Positions 18,050 to 27,822 of a stretch of 64,000 nt of DNA are shown piece by piece (the stretch's first letter is position 1; every line of letters starts with the position of its first letter). This DNA is from a virus. Where the stretch lies: positions 12,538 to 76,537 of the IMG/VR virus record IMGVR_UViG_3300025875_000008. One strand, given 5' to 3'. The notes under the pieces are model-generated. The model worked only from the letters and a program-made list of their open reading frames with translations, did not search any database and had not been told where the DNA came from. The position numbers were made by a program, and so were the translations under genes.

Positions 18050-19635
18050 TGGGGTGGGCTGGTCCGCTGTTCGAAGGGCATGTGTGCAGCGTCGGCTATG
18101 AGGTTCTGGACTGGATCCACGAGTACGAGTGCCACGGCCCGGGAGATGTGCAGGGCGACCCGTTGGACTTGGATGACGAGATGCGTGAGCACATCATCGA
18201 GTGCTACCGCATCGACCCTGTGACTGGCCGGCGTGTGTTCGATGAGGCTGTGCTGTCTCGTCCGAAGGGCCGGGCGAAGTCGGAGATCGCCGGCTTGGTG
18301 GGTGTGGCTGAAGCGTTCGGCCCTGTCCGGTTTGACGGGTGGGACGCTGACGGGCAGCCGGTCGGCCGCCCTATTCGGTCCCCGCTGATCAAGTGCCTTG
18401 CCACTGAGGAGACTCAGGCTGGGAACACGTTCGAGAACATCGCGTTCATTGCTGGCGAGTGGGGCAAGGACACGCACCCGGACATCTACGGCGGCGTCTC
18501 GGGGATGAACAAGTACCAGTCGGCGTCGGTGCTGTACCTGGCCGGCGGCGGTGAGATCCGGGCGTGCACTGCTGGTGCGGCGTCGAAAGATGGCGGCAAG
18601 GAAACGCACGTCATCCCCGACGAGACGCACCTGTATGTGACTCGTGAGTTGCGCAGCATGTACGCGACGGTGGCCCGGAACTTGGGTAAGCGGAAGATTG
18701 CTGAGCCGTGGATGCATCAGACGTCGACCGCGTACCGTCCGGGCGAAGAGTCGGTGTTTGAGGAAACTCTGTCGTCATGGCGGAAGGGCACCCTGTCGCC
18801 GCGGGTCTACATGAACCACCGTGAGGCGAAGGGTCGCATCGACATTCGCGATGAGGCTCACACGAAGCGGCAACTGTTGTACGTGTACGGGGCTTCGGCG
18901 CCGTGGCAGGACATGGACCGCAAGTACCGCGACATGCTGGATCCGCGCATCTGCCCGGATGACGCGACTGCTGCCCGTTACTACCTGAACCGCCCGATGT
19001 CGACGGTGGATGCGTGGATCGCAAAGGACGTGCACGAACGGCAGGTCAAGGCTCGGGAAGTGTTGCCGGGTGAGTCGATCACGCTCGGCTTTGACGGTTC
19101 GCTGAACGACGACACGACGGTGCTGCGCGGCTGCTGCATGTCGGACGGGTTCCTGTTCCGCATCGGTGCTTGGCCGAAACCGGACGGTGCTGCGGGGATC
19201 GGCTGGGAGGTTCCCCGGCAGGATGTGCTGGCGACCATCCGTGAGGCGTTCGCGCGGTATGACGTGATCCGCGCCTACTTCGACCCGCACGAGTGGCGCA
19301 CAGACATCGACAACCTGGCCGACGAGTTCGGTGAGGACCGAGTCATCTCGTGGGCGACTACCCGGGACGTGGCAATGGGTGCCGCCCTAGACCGGTTGCA
19401 CGCGGACCTGATGAACGGCACGGTCTGGCATGACAACGACCCGCTAGCCGCTGAGCATTACGGCAACGTGTATGTGCGACGCAAGGGACCGCACCGTCTG
19501 GTCCGCAAGGAACACCCGAACTCTGCCCGCAAAATTGACTCGGTTGTGGGTGACGCTCTCGCCTATGAGGCTCGAGCAGATGCCCTGACCGCTGGCTTCG
19601 GCCAATCTCTTAGTGGATGGATGGTGGGGCTGTGA
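18049..19635 (+). CDS. terL: terminase large subunit
   Basis: SRPKGRAKSE Walker A region, DETH Walker B, LGFDGS and KIDS nuclease motifs. Confidence 0.95.
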   Translation: MGWAGPLFEGHVCSVGYEVLDWIHEYECHGPGDVQGDPLDLDDEMREHIIECYRIDPVTGRRVFDEAVLSRPKGRAKSEIAGLVGVAEAFGPVRFDGWDADGQPVGRPIRSPLIKCLATEETQAGNTFENIAFIAGEWGKDTHPDIYGGVSGMNKYQSASVLYLAGGGEIRACTAGAASKDGGKETHVIPDETHLYVTRELRSMYATVARNLGKRKIAEPWMHQTSTAYRPGEESVFEETLSSWRKGTLSPRVYMNHREAKGRIDIRDEAHTKRQLLYVYGASAPWQDMDRKYRDMLDPRICPDDATAARYYLNRPMSTVDAWIAKDVHERQVKAREVLPGESITLGFDGSLNDDTTVLRGCCMSDGFLFRIGAWPKPDGAAGIGWEVPRQDVLATIREAFARYDVIRAYFDPHEWRTDIDNLADEFGEDRVISWATTRDVAMGAALDRLHADLMNGTVWHDNDPLAAEHYGNVYVRRKGPHRLVRKEHPNSARKIDSVVGDALAYEARADALTAGFGQSLSGWMVGL

Positions 19636-21068
19636 GCGAACAACTGATGCGCTCACTGGCCTCCGATCTGTCTCATCGCAAGGTGTCGGTGCCTGAGAAG
19701 GTCGGTTACGACATGCTCGACGCCTACCACTCAAATCGACAGCCGTTGAAGTTCCTGCACCCGGACATTCGCCAGCAGGTCGGTGATCGGCTGACCGCGC
19801 TGGCGATCAACTGGGCTCGCGTGATCATCGGCAGCGTTGAGGAACGTCTGGACGTGGAAGGGTTCCGGCTCGGGACCGACTCTGCTGCTGACGATGACCT
19901 GTGGCGGATTTGGCAGGCGAACGACCTGGACGAGTGGTCGCAGCTCGGGCATGTGGATGCGATGAAGTTCGGTCGGTCGTTCGGGTTGGTGTGGGGCGAC
20001 GAGGACGACCCTGAGACGCCCCGTATCTCGGTTGAGTCGGCTCGGCAGATGACGGTGCAGTATCGGCCCGGGTCTCGCCGGGTTGAGGCTGCCGCGAAGG
20101 TCTATGTAGACCCGGACAGTGAAGCCGGCAACCCGACCCCGCAGCAGGTCGGCTGGCTGTACCTGCCTGACCGTGCGGAACGGTACGAGGGTGGTGGCAC
20201 TAGTAATCGCTGGACGAAGGTGGATGAGCTTCCGAACCCGCTCGGTGTGGTGTCGGTGGTGCCTTTGGTGAACCGTCCTCGGCTTGACGACCTGTCCGGC
20301 GAATCCGAGTTGGTCGACGTTCTGCCGCTGGTGGATGCGGTCAACAAGCTCGCCACGGACATGATGGTGGCCTCCGAGAAGCAGGCGATGGGCGACCGGT
20401 ACGCGACAGGCATTGAGATCCCCCGTGAGGCTCAGAACAATGAGCGGCTGCGCGCTGAGGTTGCTCATCGTTGGGAAGAGGCCACGAAGGGTAAGACGTG
20501 GCTTGCTGGTCCGGGTGTTGAGTTCGGCCAGTTCCCCGCTGCCCAGTTGACGAACTTCATCGCGGCGATTGAGATGTTGCAGCGCACGATCGCCGCCCTT
20601 GCCGGTTTGCCGCCGCATTACACGGGTCAGTCGTCGGACAACCCTGCTTCGGCTGACGCGATCCGGTCGGCTGAGGCTTCCCTGATCAAGCGGACGCTAC
20701 GGAAGATGCGTGGCTTCGGTGGGTCGTGGGAAGAGTTGATGCGGCTTGCAATGTGCGTCCGTGACGGTATCCCGCGTGCGGATCTTGACCGGAAGTTCGA
20801 CCGGTTGGAGACGCAGTGGCGTGACCCGGCAACACCGACGCCGGCCCAGAAGGCAGATGCGGCGGTGAAGTTGGTGACGGCGAACATCATCACCGTCGAC
20901 CAGGCGCTCGAGGATCTGGGTTACACGCCGCAGCAGATTGTGAAGAACAAGGCGGATCGGCGTGCTGCCGCTGTTGAGTCGGCTGCCCTGAACTTGTCGA
21001 ACGTATTCCAGCCGCAGCAGCCTCCGGTGGTTGCTCCTGTCGTTGAGCCTGATGCCGGCGTTCGCTGA
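19632..21068 (+). CDS. portal protein (SPP1 gp6-like actinophage type)
   Basis: INWARVII..VEERL.VEGF, WQANDLD, NPASADAIRSAE, WRDPATPT. Confidence 0.92.
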   Translation: MSEQLMRSLASDLSHRKVSVPEKVGYDMLDAYHSNRQPLKFLHPDIRQQVGDRLTALAINWARVIIGSVEERLDVEGFRLGTDSAADDDLWRIWQANDLDEWSQLGHVDAMKFGRSFGLVWGDEDDPETPRISVESARQMTVQYRPGSRRVEAAAKVYVDPDSEAGNPTPQQVGWLYLPDRAERYEGGGTSNRWTKVDELPNPLGVVSVVPLVNRPRLDDLSGESELVDVLPLVDAVNKLATDMMVASEKQAMGDRYATGIEIPREAQNNERLRAEVAHRWEEATKGKTWLAGPGVEFGQFPAAQLTNFIAAIEMLQRTIAALAGLPPHYTGQSSDNPASADAIRSAEASLIKRTLRKMRGFGGSWEELMRLAMCVRDGIPRADLDRKFDRLETQWRDPATPTPAQKADAAVKLVTANIITVDQALEDLGYTPQQIVKNKADRRAAAVESAALNLSNVFQPQQPPVVAPVVEPDAGVR

Positions 21069-21570
21069 GGTCGCATCGGTACTTGCGGCACAGACGGAAC
21101 GCGCTGCGCTGGCGCTCTGGGAACGGTACGAGTCAAGCGCGTTGACCCGGGATGAGTTCGTGGAAGCTATCGCGCTGTTGGTGGAAGCCACTCGGGACAG
21201 GGTTGGGACTTTGGCCGCTGCGGCCCTGGCAGCCCGCCTGTCTGAGCTGTCCGGCGAACGCGTGTTTCCGGTTGCGGTCAGCGTCTCGCACGCCGGCGTG
21301 ACGGCGGGTGTTGTGGCTGCCCTAGCTGCCCCTGTGGTGGTGGATGCGCTAGGGGTTATGGCGCGCGACCAGACGTTCTCCGCTGGCCGCGAGGCGTTCG
21401 CGGACGGGCTTGAAGCGCATGACGTTCCCGCCTGGCGACGGGCGACCAACCCGGGCGCGTGCAAGGTGTGCAGAGACCTGAGTGTCGCCGATTGGATTCC
21501 TCAATCAGTTCCGATGTGGCACCACACTGGGTGCGGCTGCCATCAGGACCCGGTAGTGGAGGTCTCCTAG
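21052..21570 (+). CDS. minor head / capsid maturation protein (MuF-like)
   Basis: Between portal and scaffold; C-terminal WRR...ACKVC...HTGCGC. Confidence 0.7.
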   Translation: MPAFAEVASVLAAQTERAALALWERYESSALTRDEFVEAIALLVEATRDRVGTLAAAALAARLSELSGERVFPVAVSVSHAGVTAGVVAALAAPVVVDALGVMARDQTFSAGREAFADGLEAHDVPAWRRATNPGACKVCRDLSVADWIPQSVPMWHHTGCGCHQDPVVEVS

Positions 21571-21648
21571 ATCAACCCGCATCAGCGGGGTAAGCGCCAC
21601 GTCCGCGCTCAAGGACGGTGCAAGACCTGACGAGGCAACGGAGAACGA

Positions 21649-22221
21649 ATGTCTGAGCCGTCCGCTGAACCAACCCCCAACGACGAAGCACCTGGTAACG
21701 ACCAGGAGCCGGATGCTGGGAAGACGTTCACGCAAGAGGAACTGAACCGCATCGTCGCCGATCGGGTGACGCGGGTCAAGAATCAGTACAGCGACTACTC
21801 GCAACTGAAAGCCGCCGCCAAGGAACTCGAGTCGGTGCGCAACGCGAACAAGTCGGAGCAGGAACGGATCGCCGACGCCGCCCGGTCTGAGGGTGCGCAG
21901 AGTGCGATGCAGAAAGCTCACGCCCACCTGATCCAGTCGGAAGCTCGTGCCCTGGCGGCAGCCGCCAAGTTCAGAGATCCATCCGATGCGGTGGCGTTCC
22001 TGGGCGATTTGTCGTCAGTTGCGGTTGGTGACGACTTCAGCATCGACACGAAGGCGTTGCAAGCGTCTCTGAACGATCTGGCGAAGAACAAGCCGTACCT
22101 GCTGGCGGAAGAGAAGCCGACCCGCCCAACCGGTGATGCCGGTCAGGGTCCGCGAGGAACGTCCGGTCCAGCGAACATGAACGACCTCATCCGGCAACGG
22201 ATGCAGGCGCCAAGAACCTAA
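21649..22221 (+). CDS. scaffolding protein
   Basis: KTFTQEELNRIVADR...YSDY..LKA..E..KSEQER pattern. Confidence 0.88.
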   Translation: MSEPSAEPTPNDEAPGNDQEPDAGKTFTQEELNRIVADRVTRVKNQYSDYSQLKAAAKELESVRNANKSEQERIADAARSEGAQSAMQKAHAHLIQSEARALAAAAKFRDPSDAVAFLGDLSSVAVGDDFSIDTKALQASLNDLAKNKPYLLAEEKPTRPTGDAGQGPRGTSGPANMNDLIRQRMQAPRT

Positions 22222-22272
22222 CCAAGTGGTGCCCCGGATTGCGGGGACTACTAACCGAGAGGAAACCCCGCA

Positions 22273-23229
22273 ATGCCGTACAACTCCCTTACCAGTCGCA
22301 CCGACGTCGGCGCTCTCATCCCCGAAGAGGTCGCCAACGACATGCTCGGTGCGGCCACGTCGCAGTCGGCTGTGCTGTCGCAGTTCCGTCGCCTGCCCGT
22401 TTCGCGCAGCCAGGTGCGACTGCCTGTCCTGTCGGCGCTTCCCGTCGCTTACTGGGTGACCGGCGACACCGGCCTGAAGCAGACCACCGAGATGGCTTGG
22501 GCGAACAAGTACATCAACATCGAAGAGGCTGCGACCATCCTCCCGGTGCCTGACAATGTGGCTGACGACATGGACGCGAATATCTGGGACGAGGCCATGC
22601 CTTACCTGGTTGAGGCGTTCGGTCGTCTGGTCGACTCGGCTGTGTTCTTCGGTGCGAACGCCCCGGCGTCGTTCCCGACGAACATCAACGCTGCTGCGAC
22701 CGCTGCCGGCAACGCCGTCTCCGTCTCCACTGCGACCACCGCTGCGAACGGTGGCGCGCTCGGCGACGTCGACTCGCTGTACGGTGCCCTGGACGCTGAC
22801 GGGTATGACCCGACCGGCTTCGTGGCTGCGACCACGTTCCGGGGCAAGATCCGCACCGCCCGCGACACCACCGGCCAGAAGCTCGACGCTGCCCGGGTCT
22901 CGGGTGGTCTGGACTCCATCGACGGTCTGCCGGTTCAGTACCCGATGCGGGGTCTGTTCCCGACCGGTGGCGGCGCTGGCACGAACGCGTCCGTGTTCCT
23001 CGGTGACTGGTCGCAGTTCGTGGTGGCAATCCGCAAGGACATCACCGTGGACGTGTTCCGTGAGGGCATCATCCAGGACGGTTCCGGCGCGATCATCTAC
23101 AATCTCATGCAGCAGGATATGACGGCTATCCGTCTGACCTTCCGTATGGGTTGGCAGGTCTCCAACCGGATTAACAATGACCAGCCCACCGAGGGTTCGC
23201 GCTACCCCGTGGCTGTCCTGAAGTATTAG
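22273..23229 (+). CDS. major capsid protein (HK97 fold)
   Basis: LIPEEVA, AYWV...K, GLPV, GDWSQ, NLMQQDMTAIR. Confidence 0.93.
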   Translation: MPYNSLTSRTDVGALIPEEVANDMLGAATSQSAVLSQFRRLPVSRSQVRLPVLSALPVAYWVTGDTGLKQTTEMAWANKYINIEEAATILPVPDNVADDMDANIWDEAMPYLVEAFGRLVDSAVFFGANAPASFPTNINAAATAAGNAVSVSTATTAANGGALGDVDSLYGALDADGYDPTGFVAATTFRGKIRTARDTTGQKLDAARVSGGLDSIDGLPVQYPMRGLFPTGGGAGTNASVFLGDWSQFVVAIRKDITVDVFREGIIQDGSGAIIYNLMQQDMTAIRLTFRMGWQVSNRINNDQPTEGSRYPVAVLKY

Positions 23230-23255
23230 CAGGTAGTGGCTTAACTGCCGCTTGA

Positions 23256-23362
23256 CTAGGTAGAATACCTAGTGGGTGAGGGCTAGGGTAGCTCCCGAAA
23301 AACGTCTCCTAAGCGTCTGCCTTCACTCCCTGCAACCTTAGGAAATCGACTGTAGGGGTCGA
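23256..23362 (+). promoter_or_regulatory. promoter and structured 5' leader of HNH gene
   Basis: CTAGGTA-gaa-TACCTAG palindrome containing TAGAAT; 10-bp stem 23274-83/23319-28 enclosing two hairpins; TCGAC/GTCGA hairpin over the RBS. Confidence 0.5.
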
Positions 23363-23363
23363 A

Positions 23364-23750
23364 GTGAAGTTTTGTCGCGACTGTCAGCAGACGCTTCCCA
23401 TCTCAGAGTTCTACCGCAACCACCGAATGCCAGACGGCTACCTGAAGCAGTGCAAAGTGTGCCACGGAAACCGTTACCGCGTCGGGCGCGCATCTCGAGC
23501 CAAACAGAACCGGCTCTACATTCAACAGATCAAGTTGGATCGCGGATGCACAGATTGCGGGTTCAACACCCACCCCGCCGCACTGGACTTCGACCACCTT
23601 CCGGGGTTCGTCAAGGTCTACCGGGTCTGCACGATGGCCGACATGCGTCGTGAGTTGATCGACGCCGAGATCGCCAAGTGTGAAGTGGTCTGCGCGAACT
23701 GTCACCGAATCCGAACAATGCAACGTCTAGAGGAGAACGCTCATGGCTGA
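23364..23750 (+). CDS. free-standing HNH endonuclease (homing-type)
   Basis: CRDC..EFY..CKVC, CTDCG, LDFDH, CEVVCANCHRIRT. Confidence 0.88.
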   Translation: MKFCRDCQQTLPISEFYRNHRMPDGYLKQCKVCHGNRYRVGRASRAKQNRLYIQQIKLDRGCTDCGFNTHPAALDFDHLPGFVKVYRVCTMADMRRELIDAEIAKCEVVCANCHRIRTMQRLEENAHG

Positions 23751-23943
23751 CAAGGAACCGAAGGACAACAAAGAGGTTCAGGAGAAGGTGAACGACGAGA
23801 CCGAGAAGGGTTATCGCGGCACCGTTCTGGATCCGACGCCGAACGAGAACTACACGATCGCTGGCGTGACCAGCGGCAAGCCGACTCCGGAGACGGACGA
23901 GAAGCTGGCCGCTGAGGCGCGTCAGGCCGTTCGCGGGTTCTGA
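23743..23943 (+). CDS. small head-region protein
   Basis: GAGGAG RBS; EKGYRG...PNENYTIAGV pattern. Confidence 0.65.
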   Translation: MADKEPKDNKEVQEKVNDETEKGYRGTVLDPTPNENYTIAGVTSGKPTPETDEKLAAEARQAVRGF

Positions 23944-24335
23944 TGGCTACCGTCCCTGGCCGCACGACCGAGCCGCGTTCGGTGACGGTGGGCAAGACAT
24001 CTGGGTCTGCTGCTGTTACCGGTGCTGCTGGGACGTTCCAGTCGACGGACGTTGGTCGCACGATCACTGGCACTGGCATCCCTGCTGGCACCACCGTTTC
24101 GGCGGTGGCGTCGGGCACGGCTGCCACCCTGTCGGCGAACGCGACAGCCACAGGTTCCGCTGCGGCGACTCTGGGTGCAGCTCAAGGCAGCACGTTGGGG
24201 TTCGTCGGTTGGTCTCCCGAATCGGAGGCCGAGGGCGCGACATACACGGTAGCCGGCGTGAACGCCGGTCAGACGCAGCCGGATCGCGTGCTGTTGCCAA
24301 ACGCGAACCGCACCGACCACAACCGCTCAAGGTAG
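23943..24335 (+). CDS. probable head decoration/fibre protein
   Basis: Ala/Thr/Gly-rich; ITGTGIPAGTTV...TLSANAT. Confidence 0.6.
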   Translation: MATVPGRTTEPRSVTVGKTSGSAAVTGAAGTFQSTDVGRTITGTGIPAGTTVSAVASGTAATLSANATATGSAAATLGAAQGSTLGFVGWSPESEAEGATYTVAGVNAGQTQPDRVLLPNANRTDHNRSR

Positions 24336-24869
24336 GTGACCGTGTTCGCAGACGTCGCTGACGTTGCGTCTCTCAACCTCACACCTGATGAGGCTGAAGC
24401 GCGGATTGCGTCAGCGACGGCTGCGATCCGGGGCGTGTGTGGTTGGAGTGTGACCGAGGAGACGGTGAACGCGACCGCCCCTTGGTCAAGGACCTTGTTC
24501 CTGCCCACTCTGCATCTGACCTCGCTGTCCGTGTCGGTCAACTCAACACCTTTGTCCAGCGGCGCTGACTATGCGTGGCAGACAAACGGTGTCGTGTCGC
24601 TGTTCCTAGGTCGGCTGCCCGCGATCAACGGCGGCTGGTCAGGTGCAACGCTGAACTTGTCGTACACACATGGGTACGAGACGGTTCCTGATGGCATCAG
24701 GGCTGTCTGCCTCGACTTGGTGGCTGAAGCGGTCAATCCGCAGCGGGCGCTGACGGGGGCGACTGTTGATGGGGTGACAGTGACGTACCAAAAGGAAACC
24801 AGTTCCGTCTTCACCAACCTTGAGGACGACTGGCGGCTTGTTCCCTACATTTGCCCCGTAGCCCGATGA
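24336..24869 (+). CDS. head-to-tail adaptor
   Basis: IRGVCGW, LFLPT, YTHGYETVP, GVTVTY. Confidence 0.8.
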   Translation: MTVFADVADVASLNLTPDEAEARIASATAAIRGVCGWSVTEETVNATAPWSRTLFLPTLHLTSLSVSVNSTPLSSGADYAWQTNGVVSLFLGRLPAINGGWSGATLNLSYTHGYETVPDGIRAVCLDLVAEAVNPQRALTGATVDGVTVTYQKETSSVFTNLEDDWRLVPYICPVAR

Positions 24870-25270
24870 TCGGTGACGAAGTTCGACAGATGATGCCTCA
24901 GTTGCAGGCGCTGTCTGAGTCGTTGATGCAAGACACCATCCGGGTCGACACCTTGTCGGGCGATGCTGTGTTTGACCCTGCCACGGGCGGTTCGTCACGA
25001 GCTGTTGATGCTGTCGCCTACGAGGGCAAGGCGCGTGTGCAGGTTGGCACGACGCAGCAGGATGCGCAGGATTCGGCGGATGAGCAGATCACGTTGAAGC
25101 GGTATTCGGTGTCGGTTCCGGTGTCTGTGACGGGGTTAACGGTGGATCAGCAGGTGACTGTCGTGTCGTCGCATGACCCGGATTTGGTGGGTCGGACGTT
25201 GACGATCCTTGCCACTGAGGGCGGCACGTTTGTGACGTCGCGCAGGTTCGTCGCATCCGACCAGCAGTGA
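24866..25270 (+). CDS. head-to-tail stopper
   Basis: SLMQDTIRV, YEGKARVQ, DPDLVGRTL, RRF. Confidence 0.8.
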   Translation: MIGDEVRQMMPQLQALSESLMQDTIRVDTLSGDAVFDPATGGSSRAVDAVAYEGKARVQVGTTQQDAQDSADEQITLKRYSVSVPVSVTGLTVDQQVTVVSSHDPDLVGRTLTILATEGGTFVTSRRFVASDQQ

Positions 25271-25279
25271 GGGGTTGCG

Positions 25280-25639
25280 ATGCCGTTCGATGTTTCTGAT
25301 GTTTCAAAATTGACAGCCGACCTAAACAGGACGCGGCTTCGAGTCGGGAGGCAGTCCGCTGCCGTAGTTCGCGACGCAGCTTTTCGAGTCGAGGCTTCAG
25401 CTAAGTCAAGGGTTCCTGTGCAATCAGGAGAACTGCGGGGCAGCATCGACACGCGGTTCTACGGCTCGGGGAACTCCGGACGCATGTCTGCCGTGGTGCG
25501 CGCTGGCGCTTTCTATGCGCGATTCGTTGAAGATGGGACGTCGCGTCAGGCGCCTCAACCATTCATGCAGCCCGCACTGAATGATCAACGGGCGAAGTTT
25601 CTAGCCGCGATCACTCGTCTGTCGGATGTGCTCAAGTGA
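25280..25639 (+). CDS. HK97 gp10-like neck protein
   Basis: AKSRVPVQSGELRGSI, YARFVEDGTSRQAPQPFMQPA. Confidence 0.88.
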   Translation: MPFDVSDVSKLTADLNRTRLRVGRQSAAVVRDAAFRVEASAKSRVPVQSGELRGSIDTRFYGSGNSGRMSAVVRAGAFYARFVEDGTSRQAPQPFMQPALNDQRAKFLAAITRLSDVLK

Positions 25640-26055
25640 CTACGGTCGGCCAGCTCGGTGACCTGATCTTGGCGCGGTTGCGAACCATCCCGAACCTGAC
25701 CGTGTTCGACGGGAAGGTCGGGCAGGTGGTGAAGGATGCGGGCACGACCCGCCCCTACGCCGTTCTGTACATGTCGCCCGGTTCGTTTGTGAGCCAGCGC
25801 ATGTCTGGGCAGTCGGAGCAGTTCCGGGTGTCCGGTCAGATCACGGTCGCTGCCGGCACGGTTGCCGGGTTCCGCTGGGCTGCCCATCAAGTGATGGACG
25901 CACTGACCGACTTCCGCCTCGAGCCCGCCAACAGGGGTGCAACCCCGTTCACGTTCGACACCGACCCGGGGCCGGAACGCCGCGACGACGACGACCCCTC
26001 CGACATTCGTTGGTATGCACCTTTCACGTTTTCATTCACCACAACCAGGAGCTGA
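25636..26055 (+). CDS. tail terminator
   Basis: VFDG, RPYAVL, position before the major tail gene. Confidence 0.75.
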   Translation: MTTVGQLGDLILARLRTIPNLTVFDGKVGQVVKDAGTTRPYAVLYMSPGSFVSQRMSGQSEQFRVSGQITVAAGTVAGFRWAAHQVMDALTDFRLEPANRGATPFTFDTDPGPERRDDDDPSDIRWYAPFTFSFTTTRS

Positions 26056-26057
26056 CC

Positions 26058-26237
26058 ATGACTGAACTCGTACGAGTCAGGGACAAAGAAACCGGCCACG
26101 AGTACAGCGTGAGCCGGGTCCGCAAGCACCAGGAGCAGGTCGACAAGCCTGCTGCTGACAAGAACGGCAACCCGCTTCCCCCGAAGCACAACATCCAGTC
26201 GGGCCGTAAGGCCACCTCGAAGGCTCAGGAGGCCTGA
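26058..26237 (+). CDS. small tail-region protein
   Basis: AGGAG RBS; VRVRDKETGHEYSV. Confidence 0.65.
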   Translation: MTELVRVRDKETGHEYSVSRVRKHQEQVDKPAADKNGNPLPPKHNIQSGRKATSKAQEA

Positions 26238-26239
26238 AC

Positions 26240-26758
26240 ATGAGTGTTGCAACTTTCCCTCTCGGCATTTCGGCCCGTGGCAACGGTGCCCTGTGGTATC
26301 TGCCGACCGTGGCGAACCCGGACACGGGTGTGACGGTCGCTGAGTTCACGGCGGGTCTGAACCTGTCGTGCGCGATCGCAGGGTTTGCGCCGTCGTCTGA
26401 GCAGTCGACGGTGACCCGCACCCGATACTGCTCGCGTGCCGGCTATGAGATCCCGGGCACGGTCACCACGTCCATCCCCGCGATCGAGTACGTGTATGAC
26501 CCGCAGGAGCCGGACAGCGACGAGTACGAGTGGTACTCGGTGCTGGCTCAGGGTGTGACCGGCTACTTCGCGAACCGGCTCGGCATGGCGTTCGAAGACG
26601 CTGTGACCGCCGGCCAGTACGTCGACCTGTACCAGATCCAGGCTGGTGTGCAGAACCGGGTTGCGATCGACCCGACCGCTGAGGGTGACGAGCTGCGCAT
26701 CTCGCAGCGGTTCTTCAACACCGGGCCGGTGAGGTTCGACACCATCGTCATCGCCTAG
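26240..26758 (+). CDS. major tail protein
   Basis: PTVANP..TVAE...LSC, RYCS...IPG, YVYDPQ. Confidence 0.85.
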   Translation: MSVATFPLGISARGNGALWYLPTVANPDTGVTVAEFTAGLNLSCAIAGFAPSSEQSTVTRTRYCSRAGYEIPGTVTTSIPAIEYVYDPQEPDSDEYEWYSVLAQGVTGYFANRLGMAFEDAVTAGQYVDLYQIQAGVQNRVAIDPTAEGDELRISQRFFNTGPVRFDTIVIA

Positions 26759-26850
26759 TTCGTATCCTGCTGGTCGGTGCCGTGGGGGTCCCGGCCAGCA
26801 GGGTTTCACCAACTACCCCCACAACACCCCCACACTGTTAGGACTTCCGT

Positions 26851-27417
26851 ATGGCTGAGAAGCAATCGTTGCGTGCCCTGATCCAGGCTCGGGCGGCGCA
26901 GCAGGCGCGCCCTGTGCACCGGCACCTGTTTACCCTTGACCCGGAGTTGTACGCGGACCGGCTTGAGATTGAGCAGGCGTTGGACGATTTGCCGCGTGAG
27001 CGGGAGTTCACCGACGAGTCGCAGCGCCCCCGAATGAACCCGAACAACCCTCGTGCGTTGTTGGAGAAGCAACTGGCCGAGTTGGATGAGCGGATCGCCA
27101 CCGCGTCGGTGGTGGGTGTGTTCAAGGCACTGACTGCGGATCAGGCTGCGGCGAAACTGGCTGAGTGGGATGCGTCGGAGTTGTCGCCGCTGGATAAGGC
27201 GCGGGCGACGATTGTCGAGTGCTTCGACCACTTTGACACCGATGAGGAACTGTCGAAAGATGACCTCGAGGCTTTGCTGCCCACGTTGACGCAGGGCGAA
27301 ACGTATGACGTGTCGAACGTTCTCATGAACCTGTCAGCGGGTGCGATTGATGTCCCAAAATCCGTACGGCAGTCTTTGAGCAGCCGGAAATCCGGCGCGA
27401 CCTCCAAACCTGCCTAG
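26851..27417 (+). CDS. tail assembly chaperone (short form)
   Basis: Position between major tail and tape measure; contains slippery CCCAAAA. Confidence 0.8.
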   Translation: MAEKQSLRALIQARAAQQARPVHRHLFTLDPELYADRLEIEQALDDLPREREFTDESQRPRMNPNNPRALLEKQLAELDERIATASVVGVFKALTADQAAAKLAEWDASELSPLDKARATIVECFDHFDTDEELSKDDLEALLPTLTQGETYDVSNVLMNLSAGAIDVPKSVRQSLSSRKSGATSKPA

Positions 27418-27812
27418 AGCTTGGGATCTCCCCCACCCGCTTCTTTGCGGAGTGGAACGAGGCTGAGCGAATCCTGCTTGACGCTTACTTGGACTGGAAG
27501 ACGGACCTGCATTCGTGCGGGCATCACCTGTCCGAAACCACACACCAGGACGGCAAGCCGGATCCAATGTTCGCGGCCAAGTTCGATGTGTGCCTGTCCT
27601 GTCTGGCGTTGGAGCAGGCGCAGTTTGAGCAGGCAAAGAAGGATCAGGAGACGGCGAAGGGTGGCGGGTTTGTCGCTGTCATGTCTCGACTGTGGCATGT
27701 GGCGGTCGACACACACGCGGCTGCCGCTGAAGCGGATCTGGCGACCCGCCGCGAACGGTACAAGGCGCAACGCAAAGCCGCCCGCAAGGCGGCTCGTGAG
27801 CACGACAACTGA
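27354..27812 (+). CDS. -1 frameshift extension of the tail assembly chaperone
   Basis: C CCA AAA heptamer at 27354-27360; -1 frame open from 27360 (IRTAVFEQPEIRRDLQTCLELGISPTRF...) to 27812. Confidence 0.75.
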   Translation, partial: PKIRTAVFEQPEIRRDLQTCLELGISPTRFFAEWNEAERILLDAYLDWKTDLHSCGHHLSETTHQDGKPDPMFAAKFDVCLSCLALEQAQFEQAKKDQETAKGGGFVAVMSRLWHVAVDTHAAAAEADLATRRERYKAQRKAARKAAREHDN

Positions 27813-27822
27813 ACAGGGGTGA

